Shown piece after piece: positions 1 through 7,311 of a DNA stretch of 8,078 nucleotides (position 1 is the first letter of the stretch; each line of letters opens with the position of its first letter). The translations under genes and the position numbers were made by a program. Source of the stretch: a virus. Taxonomy: Duplodnaviria; Heunggongvirae; Uroviricota; Caudoviricetes. Where the stretch lies: IMG/VR virus record IMGVR_UViG_2606217173_000005, one strand, 5' to 3'. The notes beneath the pieces are model-generated. The model saw only the letters and a list, made by a program, of their open reading frames with translations, did no database searches and was not told where the DNA came from.

Positions 1-1026
<1,026 letters not shown>

Positions 1027-1033
1027 TCAGGAA

Positions 1034-1049
1034 CTTGTTCGCACCTTCC
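1034..1049. repeat. IS5 terminal inverted repeat (transposase-proximal end)
   Basis: cttgttcgcaccttcc is the reverse complement of GGAAGGTGCGAACAAG; the element boundary at 1049 is followed by CTAG. Confidence 0.85.
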
Positions 1050-1244
1050 CTAGCGCAACATGCTCTGCTTATAGCAATTTCAAGCGACTTAAATGCATAT
1101 GGTGTTGTGTGTGAGTTCGACTGGAATGATGGAAATGGTCAGGAAGGATGGCCTCCAATGGATGGTAGTGAAGGAATAAGAATTACCGATATCGATACAT
1201 CAGGAATATTTGATTCAGATGATATGACTATCAAAGCCGCCTGA
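1050..1244 (+). pseudogene. 3' remnant (about 64 codons) of a gene apparently split by the IS5 insertion
   Basis: The reading frame is open from inside the IS end through 1244 (…CEFDWNDGNGQEGWPPMDGSEGIRITDIDTSGIFDSDDMTIKAA*); there is no start codon with an RBS inside the non-IS part; it is codirectional with the downstream operon. Function unknown. Confidence 0.35.
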
Positions 1245-1279
1245 GCGCGGATTTGACGCATACAAATTAAGGAGGATAT

Positions 1280-2248
1280 ATGAGTGAAGTAACAGATTTA
1301 GTTGTTATTGAAAAAGCAAATGCAATGACTGTATTTCAGTCTGCCGACCAGATTGAAGAAATCCTTCAAAAGGTTGAACGTGAAGTTATGTCCTTTGTGC
1401 CTGATATCACAACGGCAAAGGGCAGAAAGGAGATCGCTTCTCTGGCGTATAAAGTTGCGCAGACGAAAACATATCTCGATGGTCTTGGCAAAGACCTTGT
1501 TGCTGAACTGAAGGAAATTCCAAAGCTAATTGATAACAACCGCAAGACAGTGCGCGATCGCCTTGATGAACTGAAAGCCAAGGCGCGCCAGCCTCTTACT
1601 GATTATGAGGAGGAACAGGCACGGATTAAAGCCGAAGAAGAAGCTAAGGCAGCAGCTGAAGCTCTCGCAAAGCAAATTGAGTCTGACCATGAAATAGCGA
1701 TTTTGATGGATCGCGAATTTGACCGCCAAAGAGAAGAGGCAAGACTCAAAGCGGAGCAGGAAAAGCGAGAGCATGAAGAACGCTTAAAAAGAGAAGCTGA
1801 AGAGAAAGCCAGAGCTGAAGCCGAAGCAAAGGCAAAAGCCGAAATTGAAGCAGCAGCAAGGCGAGAAGCAGAAGCTAAGGCCGCAGCGGAACGTGCAGAG
1901 CGTGAACGCATTGAAGCCGAGCGACGAGCACAGCGCGAAGCAAAAGAGGCAGCAGAACGAGCGGAAAGAGAAAAGCAGGCGGCAATTGAAGCAGAACGCC
2001 GAAAAGCACAGGAGGAGGCAGAACGAATCCGGCGCGAGGCTGAAGCAAAAGAGCAAGCCAGAATAGCAGAAGAAAAAAGAATCAAGGACGAAGAAGAGCG
2101 TAGAGCAAAGGATAAAGCTCACCGGAAAGAAGTAAATAACAAAATACTTGCTGACCTTATCAAGGTTGGCGCATCAGAAGATGTTGCTAAAAATATCATA
2201 ACAGCCATCGTAAAAGGCGAAGTATTCGCAACAAAAATAACCTACTAA
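1280..2248 (+). CDS. Hypothetical phage protein with a structured N-terminal domain, a roughly 170-aa E/R/K/A-rich helical region and a short C-terminal domain
   Basis: 322-aa ORF with a strong SD (AAGGAGG at 1269-1275) shortly upstream of the ATG; the central region is low-complexity AEAKAKAEIEAAARREAEAKAAAERAERERIEAERRAQREAKE...; no family recognised with certainty. Confidence 0.8.
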   Translation: MSEVTDLVVIEKANAMTVFQSADQIEEILQKVEREVMSFVPDITTAKGRKEIASLAYKVAQTKTYLDGLGKDLVAELKEIPKLIDNNRKTVRDRLDELKAKARQPLTDYEEEQARIKAEEEAKAAAEALAKQIESDHEIAILMDREFDRQREEARLKAEQEKREHEERLKREAEEKARAEAEAKAKAEIEAAARREAEAKAAAERAERERIEAERRAQREAKEAAERAEREKQAAIEAERRKAQEEAERIRREAEAKEQARIAEEKRIKDEEERRAKDKAHRKEVNNKILADLIKVGASEDVAKNIITAIVKGEVFATKITY

Positions 2249-2272
2249 TAAAACCAACATAAGGAACCACCC

Positions 2273-2419
2273 ATGATTTACGCAATCGCGGGAGGCGCTC
2301 GCATGGGTGCCTTCCAACTAAATGAATCTTTACTTGAACGAATCACCCGTAAATTACGTGACGGATGGAAACAACTCATCGACGTACTTAATCAGCCAGG
2401 AGTTCCCAAAAATGGATAA
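2273..2419 (+). CDS. cIII: CIII-like inhibitor of FtsH (HflB) protease
   Basis: 48-aa ORF MIYAIAGGARMGAFQLNESLLERITRKLRDGWKQLIDVLNQPGVPKNG with RBS AAGGA upstream; the ESLLERITRKLRDGWKxLIDxLNQPGVPKNG segment matches my recollection of the lambda CIII amphipathic-helix core. Below the size cut-off of the supplied ORF track. Confidence 0.7.
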   Translation: MIYAIAGGARMGAFQLNESLLERITRKLRDGWKQLIDVLNQPGVPKNG

Positions 2420-2525
2420 AACACTTATGGCTATCCAGACTAAATTCACTATCGCCACTTTTATTGGCGATGAAAAGATGTTTCGTGAGGCCGTCGAAGC
2501 CTACAGGAAATGGAGGTCAAAATGA
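2412..2525 (+). CDS. Small ORF at the position occupied by kil in lambda (possible Kil-like host division inhibitor)
   Basis: 37-aa ORF MDKTLMAIQTKFTIATFIGDEKMFREAVEAYRKWRSK; AGGAG at 2398-2402 precedes the ATG; overlaps the cIII-like stop by 8 nt and the next ORF as ATGA. Assignment is by position and size only. Confidence 0.4.
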   Translation: MDKTLMAIQTKFTIATFIGDEKMFREAVEAYRKWRSK

Positions 2526-2710
2526 TTCCGGTAGAACTGGCGAAAACTCCAGAGTTAAGTCGATTAAAAAGAGAATATCACATTGCTGAGGCTCGTTACT
2601 GGCGTAAAGCGGGAGATAAATCAAAGAAACAACTTTGTTTATGGCAGGCACAAAGAGAGCGCATGAATGAGCGCGAGTTTCTTTCCTCCCCATCCGAATT
2701 ACCATTCTGA
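2522..2710 (+). CDS. Hypothetical small basic protein (62 aa)
   Basis: GGAGG at 2512-2516 then ATG at 2522; ATGA overlap with the upstream ORF; stops 8 nt before the Sak4-like gene. Confidence 0.5.
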   Translation: MIPVELAKTPELSRLKREYHIAEARYWRKAGDKSKKQLCLWQAQRERMNEREFLSSPSELPF

Positions 2711-2718
2711 GGCAAATT

Positions 2719-3399
2719 ATGGGAACTGCGACATTAATACTCGGTGAGTCTGGCACCGGAAAATCAACCAGCATGAGAAATATCAATCCAGAGGAAGCAA
2801 TACTTATAAAACCAATAGGCAAGCCGCTACCATTTAAATCAAAAGAATGGCTGGCATGGGATGCCAGAGCAAAAAAAGGAACCGTAGTTACCACTGACAA
2901 ATGGGACGTAATAGTTGCCGTAATTAAGCGTGCTCACGAATACGGGAAAAGAATCGTTATTGTTGATGACTTCCAGTATGTGATGAGCAATGAGTTTATG
3001 CGCCGTTCAGAAGAAAAGTCGTTTGATAAATTTACTGAGATAGGCCGCCACGCATGGGAGGTGATTAAGGCTGCACAGGATGCGCCTGATGACCTGAGAG
3101 TCTATTTTCTTGCGCACACCGAAGAAACACCTATGGGGCGCGTGAAAATGAAAACTATCGGCAAAATGCTGGACGAGAAAATCACTGTTGAAGGCATGTT
3201 TACTATAGTTCTTCGCACCCTTACCCGTGATGACCAGTTCTTTTTCACCACGAAAAACAACGGTGCAGACACTGTTAAATCCCCAATGGGAATGTTTGAT
3301 ACCAATGAGATTGATAACGATCTCTCTTTCGTCGATGCCACTGTTTGTGATTACTACGGCATCAATAATGTTCATCAAATTAAGGAAAACGCCGCATGA
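2719..3399 (+). CDS. Sak4-like RecA-core ATPase (phage single-strand annealing protein, AAA_24-type)
   Basis: 226 aa; N-terminal Walker A LILGESGTGKST; Walker B-like RIVIVDDFQ; size and motif order typical of phage Sak4; RBS GAGG upstream. Confidence 0.8.
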   Translation: MGTATLILGESGTGKSTSMRNINPEEAILIKPIGKPLPFKSKEWLAWDARAKKGTVVTTDKWDVIVAVIKRAHEYGKRIVIVDDFQYVMSNEFMRRSEEKSFDKFTEIGRHAWEVIKAAQDAPDDLRVYFLAHTEETPMGRVKMKTIGKMLDEKITVEGMFTIVLRTLTRDDQFFFTTKNNGADTVKSPMGMFDTNEIDNDLSFVDATVCDYYGINNVHQIKENAA

Positions 3400-3983
3400 G
3401 CAACGTGATTTTTACTTATAACGAAGAAGCAGCACTGACCGCAGGGCAAGGTGGTTTTATTAACGAAACTGGCGCTCATATAATTACCATTACTGAAGCA
3501 GAACTAAAGCAATCAGAAAAAGGCGCAAAATTTATTGAGTTTTCTGGCGAATCCGACGACGGACGTAAAATACAATATCTTAGCGTTTGTGTTCAGAAAA
3601 ATGACGGAACGGAAAATAAATTTGGCGCAAATGTCGTCCACGCCATGATGGGGTGTGTTGGGATTAAGCGGTTAACGCAACATATGGTTTCCGCCAGTAA
3701 ATTTGTTGCACCTGAATTTCATGGAAAGAAAATCGGGTTAGTGCTCCAGAAAGTATTAACCACAAACAAAAAGACTGGCGCAGACAGCTACCAGATGGAA
3801 ATACGCATCCCGTTTATTGCACAAACAGGTCAAACCCTTAAAGAAAAGTCGGAAGGCAAGCAACCAGAAACTATCGCCAACATGGCTGCCAACCTCAAAG
3901 ATAAAGACAATCGCTCTAAAAACGTAAGCCAGAATCATGCAGATGATTATGGTTACAGCCAGAACGATTACCCTCCTTTCTGA
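3396..3983 (+). CDS. Putative phage SSB-like partner of Sak4 with acidic/aromatic C-terminal tail
   Basis: 195 aa; ATGA start/stop overlap with the Sak4-like gene; C-terminus ...HADDYGYSQNDYPPF resembles the SSB C-terminal tip (DDDIPF-like); RBS AAGGA at 3382-3386. OB-fold not verified. Confidence 0.7.
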   Translation: MSNVIFTYNEEAALTAGQGGFINETGAHIITITEAELKQSEKGAKFIEFSGESDDGRKIQYLSVCVQKNDGTENKFGANVVHAMMGCVGIKRLTQHMVSASKFVAPEFHGKKIGLVLQKVLTTNKKTGADSYQMEIRIPFIAQTGQTLKEKSEGKQPETIANMAANLKDKDNRSKNVSQNHADDYGYSQNDYPPF

Positions 3984-4006
3984 TTACTGAAAATAAGGAT
4001 TCCATT

Positions 4007-4303
4007 ATGCCAGCGCCTCTGTATGGTGCGGACGACGCGCGCCGCTGTTCCGGCAATTCCGTATTGGAGGTGCTGGATAAATTCAGAAAAAACTACGACC
4101 TGATAATGTCGCTACCGCAGGAAACGAAAGAGGAAAAGGAATTTCGCCATTGTATCTGGCTTGCAGAGAAAAAAGAACGCGAGCGAATTTACCAGACATC
4201 AATCCGACCATTCCGCAAAGCCACATATACCCACTTCCCTGAATATATCGACCCGCGCCTGCGTAATTACCGCTCACGCTATGGCGCTATCAGTAATGAC
4301 TGA
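4007..4303 (+). CDS. Hypothetical protein (98 aa)
   Basis: RBS AAGGA at 3995-3999, ATG at 4007; codirectional in the operon; no recognisable motif. Confidence 0.7.
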   Translation: MPAPLYGADDARRCSGNSVLEVLDKFRKNYDLIMSLPQETKEEKEFRHCIWLAEKKERERIYQTSIRPFRKATYTHFPEYIDPRLRNYRSRYGAISND

Positions 4304-4313
4304 GGAATTTACC

Positions 4314-4478
4314 ATGAGAGGACTTGCATACAATCCCAGCATTCTTCCGGCAGAAATGATTATTCGCCAACGCGTAAAGCCAATGCCATCGAGAGAGGAA
4401 TTGCTTAAGAGAAATTCTTTTCCGTCAGTGAATCAAAACAAATATCTAAATGCGATGTTGCGGAGTGGGAAGAAATGA
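4314..4478 (+). CDS. Hypothetical small protein (54 aa)
   Basis: GAGGA at 4302-4306 then ATG at 4314; ends in an ATGA overlap with the next gene; preferred over the longer 4161 start, which overlaps the preceding gene in another frame. Confidence 0.45.
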   Translation: MRGLAYNPSILPAEMIIRQRVKPMPSREELLKRNSFPSVNQNKYLNAMLRSGKK

Positions 4479-4897
4479 AACAAATGTCACTAATTGAAAT
4501 GGATGGTTTTCTGAAAGGTAAATGCATCCCACGAGATTTAAAGGTTAACGAAACAAACGCTGAATATCTGGTGCGTAAATTTGCTGAAGCGAAGGCCAAG
4601 TGCGCGGCGCTGGCAGCGGAGAATGCGGCGCTTAAACAGTCGGAGAAGGAATTTAATAACTTCTGTCGTCAGGAGTACTACGGTTGGGAGGACAACTTCA
4701 CGGAAACCCCAGCCACCGATGCTTTCCTGGCTGAAGTACGGGCGCAGGGTGTGGAGATGCTGGCAAAAAATCATCAGAGTATCGTCAATGCACTTAAGGG
4801 AGATTCTCTCTTTTCTGATGGTGAATACCGACATGCAGCTATTGTTTCCGCAGCTGTATATTTCGCTGCAGAGCTTCGCAAAGGAGGCAGCCAGTGA
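4475..4897 (+). CDS. Hypothetical protein (140 aa)
   Basis: GGAG at 4462-4465 then ATG at 4475; the stop overlaps the next gene's GTG start (GTGA). Confidence 0.7.
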   Translation: MKQMSLIEMDGFLKGKCIPRDLKVNETNAEYLVRKFAEAKAKCAALAAENAALKQSEKEFNNFCRQEYYGWEDNFTETPATDAFLAEVRAQGVEMLAKNHQSIVNALKGDSLFSDGEYRHAAIVSAAVYFAAELRKGGSQ

Positions 4898-5775
4898 GAG
4901 AAATTAACTATCAGGAACTGCGTGAGCGTTATTCACAGCAACCAGTACCAAAATGCCGCATTTGTGGTGATGAAATGACAGTGCAGCGTATATGTGGCAG
5001 ACACATCACGTATGGATGTACAGGCGCAACCTACGACGACAAAGGTTGCTACTACGCAGAAGGCCGCAGTATCGCAGATGACCATTATGGGCTGTCCCGC
5101 GTCACTGTTATCGATGTTAGCGACCCGGAAGTTCTAGCATTACTGGATGAACGGGAAAGAAACCAGCAATACATCAAATCCCGCGACAAGGAGAACGAGG
5201 ATATTGCGCTAACGGTAGGGAAGCTGCGCGTTGAGCTGGAAGGCAAAGACAGCAAAATAGCCAATCTTACCGCCGAACGCGATGCTCTTCGTGAAGGTGA
5301 GATGGGCGACGCTAGGCATAGCAACACACGGGCCGCAGCTGATATCTACTTCCAACTGGTCGAGGAGTGCGAAATTCCTGCTGGCGGTTCTCTGGTCGAG
5401 TACGTTGACGATATGCGCGAGAAGCTGGAAGCCGCAGAGAAGCACATAGCAGAACTGGAAACAAAAGCGAACCAGCAAACCAGAATAAGCGATAAGGGGC
5501 TGACAAAGCTGATTGCCGATGCTGACAAAATGCTGGGTATGCGTTCGCCGGTTATAGACAGCGAGTGGTGGACGCTTTTACGGCAGTTCCTGATTGAACT
5601 TCAGGATCGCCGCAGAAACAGCATTTCTGAATCTGGAATCCGTGCTGAAACCCTGAATGATTTAATCCGACATATTGACAGAAACCTGGATATTGACGCG
5701 ATGAAATCGCCGTTTGAACTGTCATCTGAAATTGTGGATTACGTTAATAGGCAACTGCACAAGGAGAATTCGTAA
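4894..5775 (+). CDS. Ea22-like prophage protein with N-terminal Cys-rich putative zinc ribbon and central coiled coil
   Basis: 293 aa; GTG start 6 nt after AAGGAGG (4881-4887); Cys cluster CRICGDE...C...C...C in the first 55 residues; the segment LLDERERNQQYIKSRDKENEDIALTVGKLRVELE matches my recollection of the conserved Ea22 core (not database-verified). Confidence 0.75.
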   Translation: MREINYQELRERYSQQPVPKCRICGDEMTVQRICGRHITYGCTGATYDDKGCYYAEGRSIADDHYGLSRVTVIDVSDPEVLALLDERERNQQYIKSRDKENEDIALTVGKLRVELEGKDSKIANLTAERDALREGEMGDARHSNTRAAADIYFQLVEECEIPAGGSLVEYVDDMREKLEAAEKHIAELETKANQQTRISDKGLTKLIADADKMLGMRSPVIDSEWWTLLRQFLIELQDRRRNSISESGIRAETLNDLIRHIDRNLDIDAMKSPFELSSEIVDYVNRQLHKENS

Positions 5776-5957
5776 TGCAGGTGGCATTTGTTGGCCTGTT
5801 ACCGCATCCGATCCGCCTTTGGGCGGATATGTCACTCATAAAAACGCATTTTTTTACTACTGATGGCGGCATTCCGGCACCAAAGCGCCGCCATACCGGT
5901 ATTGCAGCGGCACGACGAGCAGCAAAGAAACGCAAACGCAGGAGAACAAAACGATGA
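5775..5957 (+). CDS. Hypothetical small protein with extremely basic C-terminal tail (60 aa)
   Basis: AAGGAG at 5761-5766; TAATG overlap with the upstream gene and ATGA overlap with the downstream gene; tail PKRRHTGIAAARRAAKKRKRRRTKR. Confidence 0.45.
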   Translation: MQVAFVGLLPHPIRLWADMSLIKTHFFTTDGGIPAPKRRHTGIAAARRAAKKRKRRRTKR

Positions 5958-6142
5958 AAAACCGTAAAGCAAAAATTCTTTTGACCTGTAGAAACGCGCG
6001 CGGCGTCCAGCAATGGTTAAAACTCAGTAACCGCAGAATGGGATTGTTCACAAACACGGCTGATATCGTGATGTGTTTTCTTAACAAACCCAGCGCGGCG
6101 CAAAACCGCTGGAAAAACCACTTGCGCACTAAAGGAGAGTGA
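5954..6142 (+). CDS. Hypothetical small basic protein (62 aa)
   Basis: GGAG at 5941-5944 then ATG at 5954; stop at 6140-6142, immediately before the next start. Confidence 0.5.
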   Translation: MKNRKAKILLTCRNARGVQQWLKLSNRRMGLFTNTADIVMCFLNKPSAAQNRWKNHLRTKGE

Positions 6143-6143
6143 T

Positions 6144-6362
6144 GTGCCTACATTATTCAGAAAAGAATACCCGCGAAGAAGCAGGACAATAGAAATCATG
6201 TTTCTCATTCTGTTTATCGTGTTGATGATACCGATATCCCCGCTAATTTTTATCTGGGCAATCGGGAAAATAATTGAGCCAGTTATTGAATTGTATAACG
6301 ACGTGGTATGGGCGTCGTTCAACACACTGCACAATAAAATTAATCCGTATAAGGAGAACTGA
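6144..6362 (+). CDS. Small predicted membrane protein (72 aa, one long hydrophobic segment)
   Basis: GTG start after AAAGGAGAG (6131-6139); basic N-terminus RKEYPRRSR followed by the hydrophobic stretch IMFLILFIVLMIPISPLIFIWAIG. The start could instead be the internal ATG. Confidence 0.5.
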   Translation: MPTLFRKEYPRRSRTIEIMFLILFIVLMIPISPLIFIWAIGKIIEPVIELYNDVVWASFNTLHNKINPYKEN

Positions 6363-6363
6363 T

Positions 6364-6882
6364 ATGACCACTATTACCAGAGAAAACGCGGAAATTAAAT
6401 CATTCATCACTGGTTTCCTGAGCGACCCGGCGCACGATAACCAATCTTCAGACAGCCTGCTTGCCAATGTGTTTCGTATCGCACTGGCGTCACTGGAAGC
6501 AGAGCCGGTGGCGTGGAAGGTAACATTCACGCAAATTGACCGTGAATATAACACGTTCACTGGTATGTATTCTGACAAAGCAGAAGTCGAACGGTGGGTG
6601 CGGCTGCATAAAGCATGTAATTTTCGGGCAGATATAACACCGCTTTATACCGCCAAGCCAGTGCCGGTAACTCCGGATGGTTGGATAAGCTGTAGTGAGC
6701 GAATGCCAGAGGATGGTCAGCACGTAATTATTTTATGTGATGGCGCATTCGTTCTTCATGCGCAATATCGAGACGGTGAGTTTTTCGATATTGTCCGCAA
6801 TGGTGATGAATTTTTTGAAACACAGAGCCGCAATGTAACCGACTGGATGCCGCTACCAGAACCGCCGCAGGAGGTGAAGTAA
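6364..6882 (+). CDS. DUF551-type prophage protein
   Basis: 172 aa from the ATG at 6364 (RBS AAGGAGA at 6351-6357); C-terminal motif WISCSERMPEDGQHVIIL...DWMPLPEPP is, as I recall it, characteristic of DUF551 proteins of lambdoid prophages. Confidence 0.75.
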   Translation: MTTITRENAEIKSFITGFLSDPAHDNQSSDSLLANVFRIALASLEAEPVAWKVTFTQIDREYNTFTGMYSDKAEVERWVRLHKACNFRADITPLYTAKPVPVTPDGWISCSERMPEDGQHVIILCDGAFVLHAQYRDGEFFDIVRNGDEFFETQSRNVTDWMPLPEPPQEVK

Positions 6883-7160
6883 TGGACTCCTTCGCGAAAT
6901 ATACAATTATTGACTGGATAGCCTTCCTTCAGGTTTTGCTCATCTGGTTTTATATGGCTTACAGGAGTGGACAGTGGATTGTCAGTGTAGCCTGTAGCAA
7001 GGGATGGCGTTGGTGGAACAGAAAGAATAAAAAAGCACTGGCATTGGATTCGTTTTACGAAGCATTCAATCTTAACAGCCTTCAGCCTGGTTCTGTCATT
7101 GTAGTCACCACTCAAAGCGGCATGACCATTCAGATTCATAAACCAAAAGAGGAAAAATGA
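6882..7160 (+). CDS. Hypothetical protein with hydrophobic N-terminal segment (92 aa)
   Basis: Strong RBS AGGAGGTG at 6869-6876; TAATG overlap with the DUF551 gene; hydrophobic IIDWIAFLQVLLIWFYMAY followed by the basic, Trp-rich KGWRWWNRKNKK. Confidence 0.6.
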   Translation: MDSFAKYTIIDWIAFLQVLLIWFYMAYRSGQWIVSVACSKGWRWWNRKNKKALALDSFYEAFNLNSLQPGSVIVVTTQSGMTIQIHKPKEEK

Positions 7161-7246
7161 TGTGGCCTATATGTGTTAATTGCGGACGGATGTGCCTATC
7201 TGGATGGTGCCGAAAGTGCGACAAATGCACGAAGAAAAGACAATAA
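7157..7246 (+). CDS. Cys-rich micro-ORF (28-29 aa, putative zinc-ribbon peptide)
   Basis: MMWPICVNCGRMCLSGWCRKCDKCTKKRQ; six Cys spaced CxxC-x3-C-x4-CxxCxxC; AAGAGG at 7147-7152; ATGA-coupled to the upstream gene; immediately followed by tandem terminator hairpins. Not in the ORF track. Confidence 0.35.
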   Translation: MMWPICVNCGRMCLSGWCRKCDKCTKKRQ

Positions 7247-7250
7247 CAAT

Positions 7251-7277
7251 CCTCGCACTCGCGGGGATTTCTTTTAT
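7251..7277 (+). terminator. Candidate intrinsic terminator (first of a tandem pair)
   Basis: Hairpin cctcgc-actc-gcgggg (7251-7266, one G-U pair) followed by the T-rich run atttcttttat. Confidence 0.4.
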
Positions 7278-7282
7278 CTGAA

Positions 7283-7308
7283 CTCGCTACGGCGGGGTTT
7301 GTTTTTTT
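7283..7308 (+). terminator. Candidate intrinsic terminator (second of the tandem pair)
   Basis: Hairpin ctcgc-tacg-gcggg (7283-7296) followed by tttgttttttt; the stem sequence is a near-duplicate of the first hairpin. Confidence 0.45.
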
Positions 7309-7311
7309 GAG

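Noticed and set aside
1054-1279. A nutL-like boxA/boxB site or sigma70 promoter between the IS5 end and the first intact gene
   Set aside because: gctctgctta only loosely resembles boxA and no boxB hairpin follows; the TTGACG at 1253-1258 has no usable -10 before the start codon.
1366-2122. Minus-strand ORFs (1366..1581, 1526..1774, 1603..2085, 1784..2122) and the plus-strand alternative frame 1845..2066 inside the 322-aa gene
   Set aside because: These are artefacts of the low-complexity purine-rich repeat DNA: Ser/Ala/Cys/Phe-rich translations with no RBS, fully embedded in a well-supported gene.
2322-2525. Long version (67 aa from 2322) of the Kil-position ORF, and the 2510 start of the next ORF
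   Set aside because: The 2322 start lacks an RBS and overlaps most of the cIII-like ORF; the internal ATG at 2412 is preceded by AGGAG. For the next ORF, GGAGG is correctly spaced for the ATG at 2522, not 2510.
2517-3421. Antisense and alternative-frame ORFs overlapping the Sak4-like gene (2517..2900 -, 3007..3378 -, 3102..3341 -, 3227..3421 +)
   Set aside because: They are embedded in a gene with clear Walker motifs, lack an RBS, and run against the uniform + strand operon organisation.
3756-4834. Minus-strand ORFs 3756..3938, 4083..4277, 4405..4599, 4538..4834; plus-strand alternative frames 4161..4313 (N-terminal extension) and 4581..4907
   Set aside because: They overlap better-supported + strand genes; the 4161 start overlaps the 98-aa gene in another frame with no RBS; 4581..4907 is an Arg-rich off-frame read of the 140-aa gene.
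6274-6363. 30-codon N-terminal extension of the DUF551 gene (start at 6274)
   Set aside because: The extension overlaps the upstream membrane-protein gene in another frame and has no RBS; the ATG at 6364 has AAGGAGA at ideal spacing.
5085-6578. Minus-strand ORFs 5085..5327, 5209..5478, 5312..5506, 5346..5528, 5744..6013, 5857..6129, 6017..6334, 6243..6578
   Set aside because: They are antisense to translationally coupled + strand genes, with no RBS or terminator logic; likely chance open frames.
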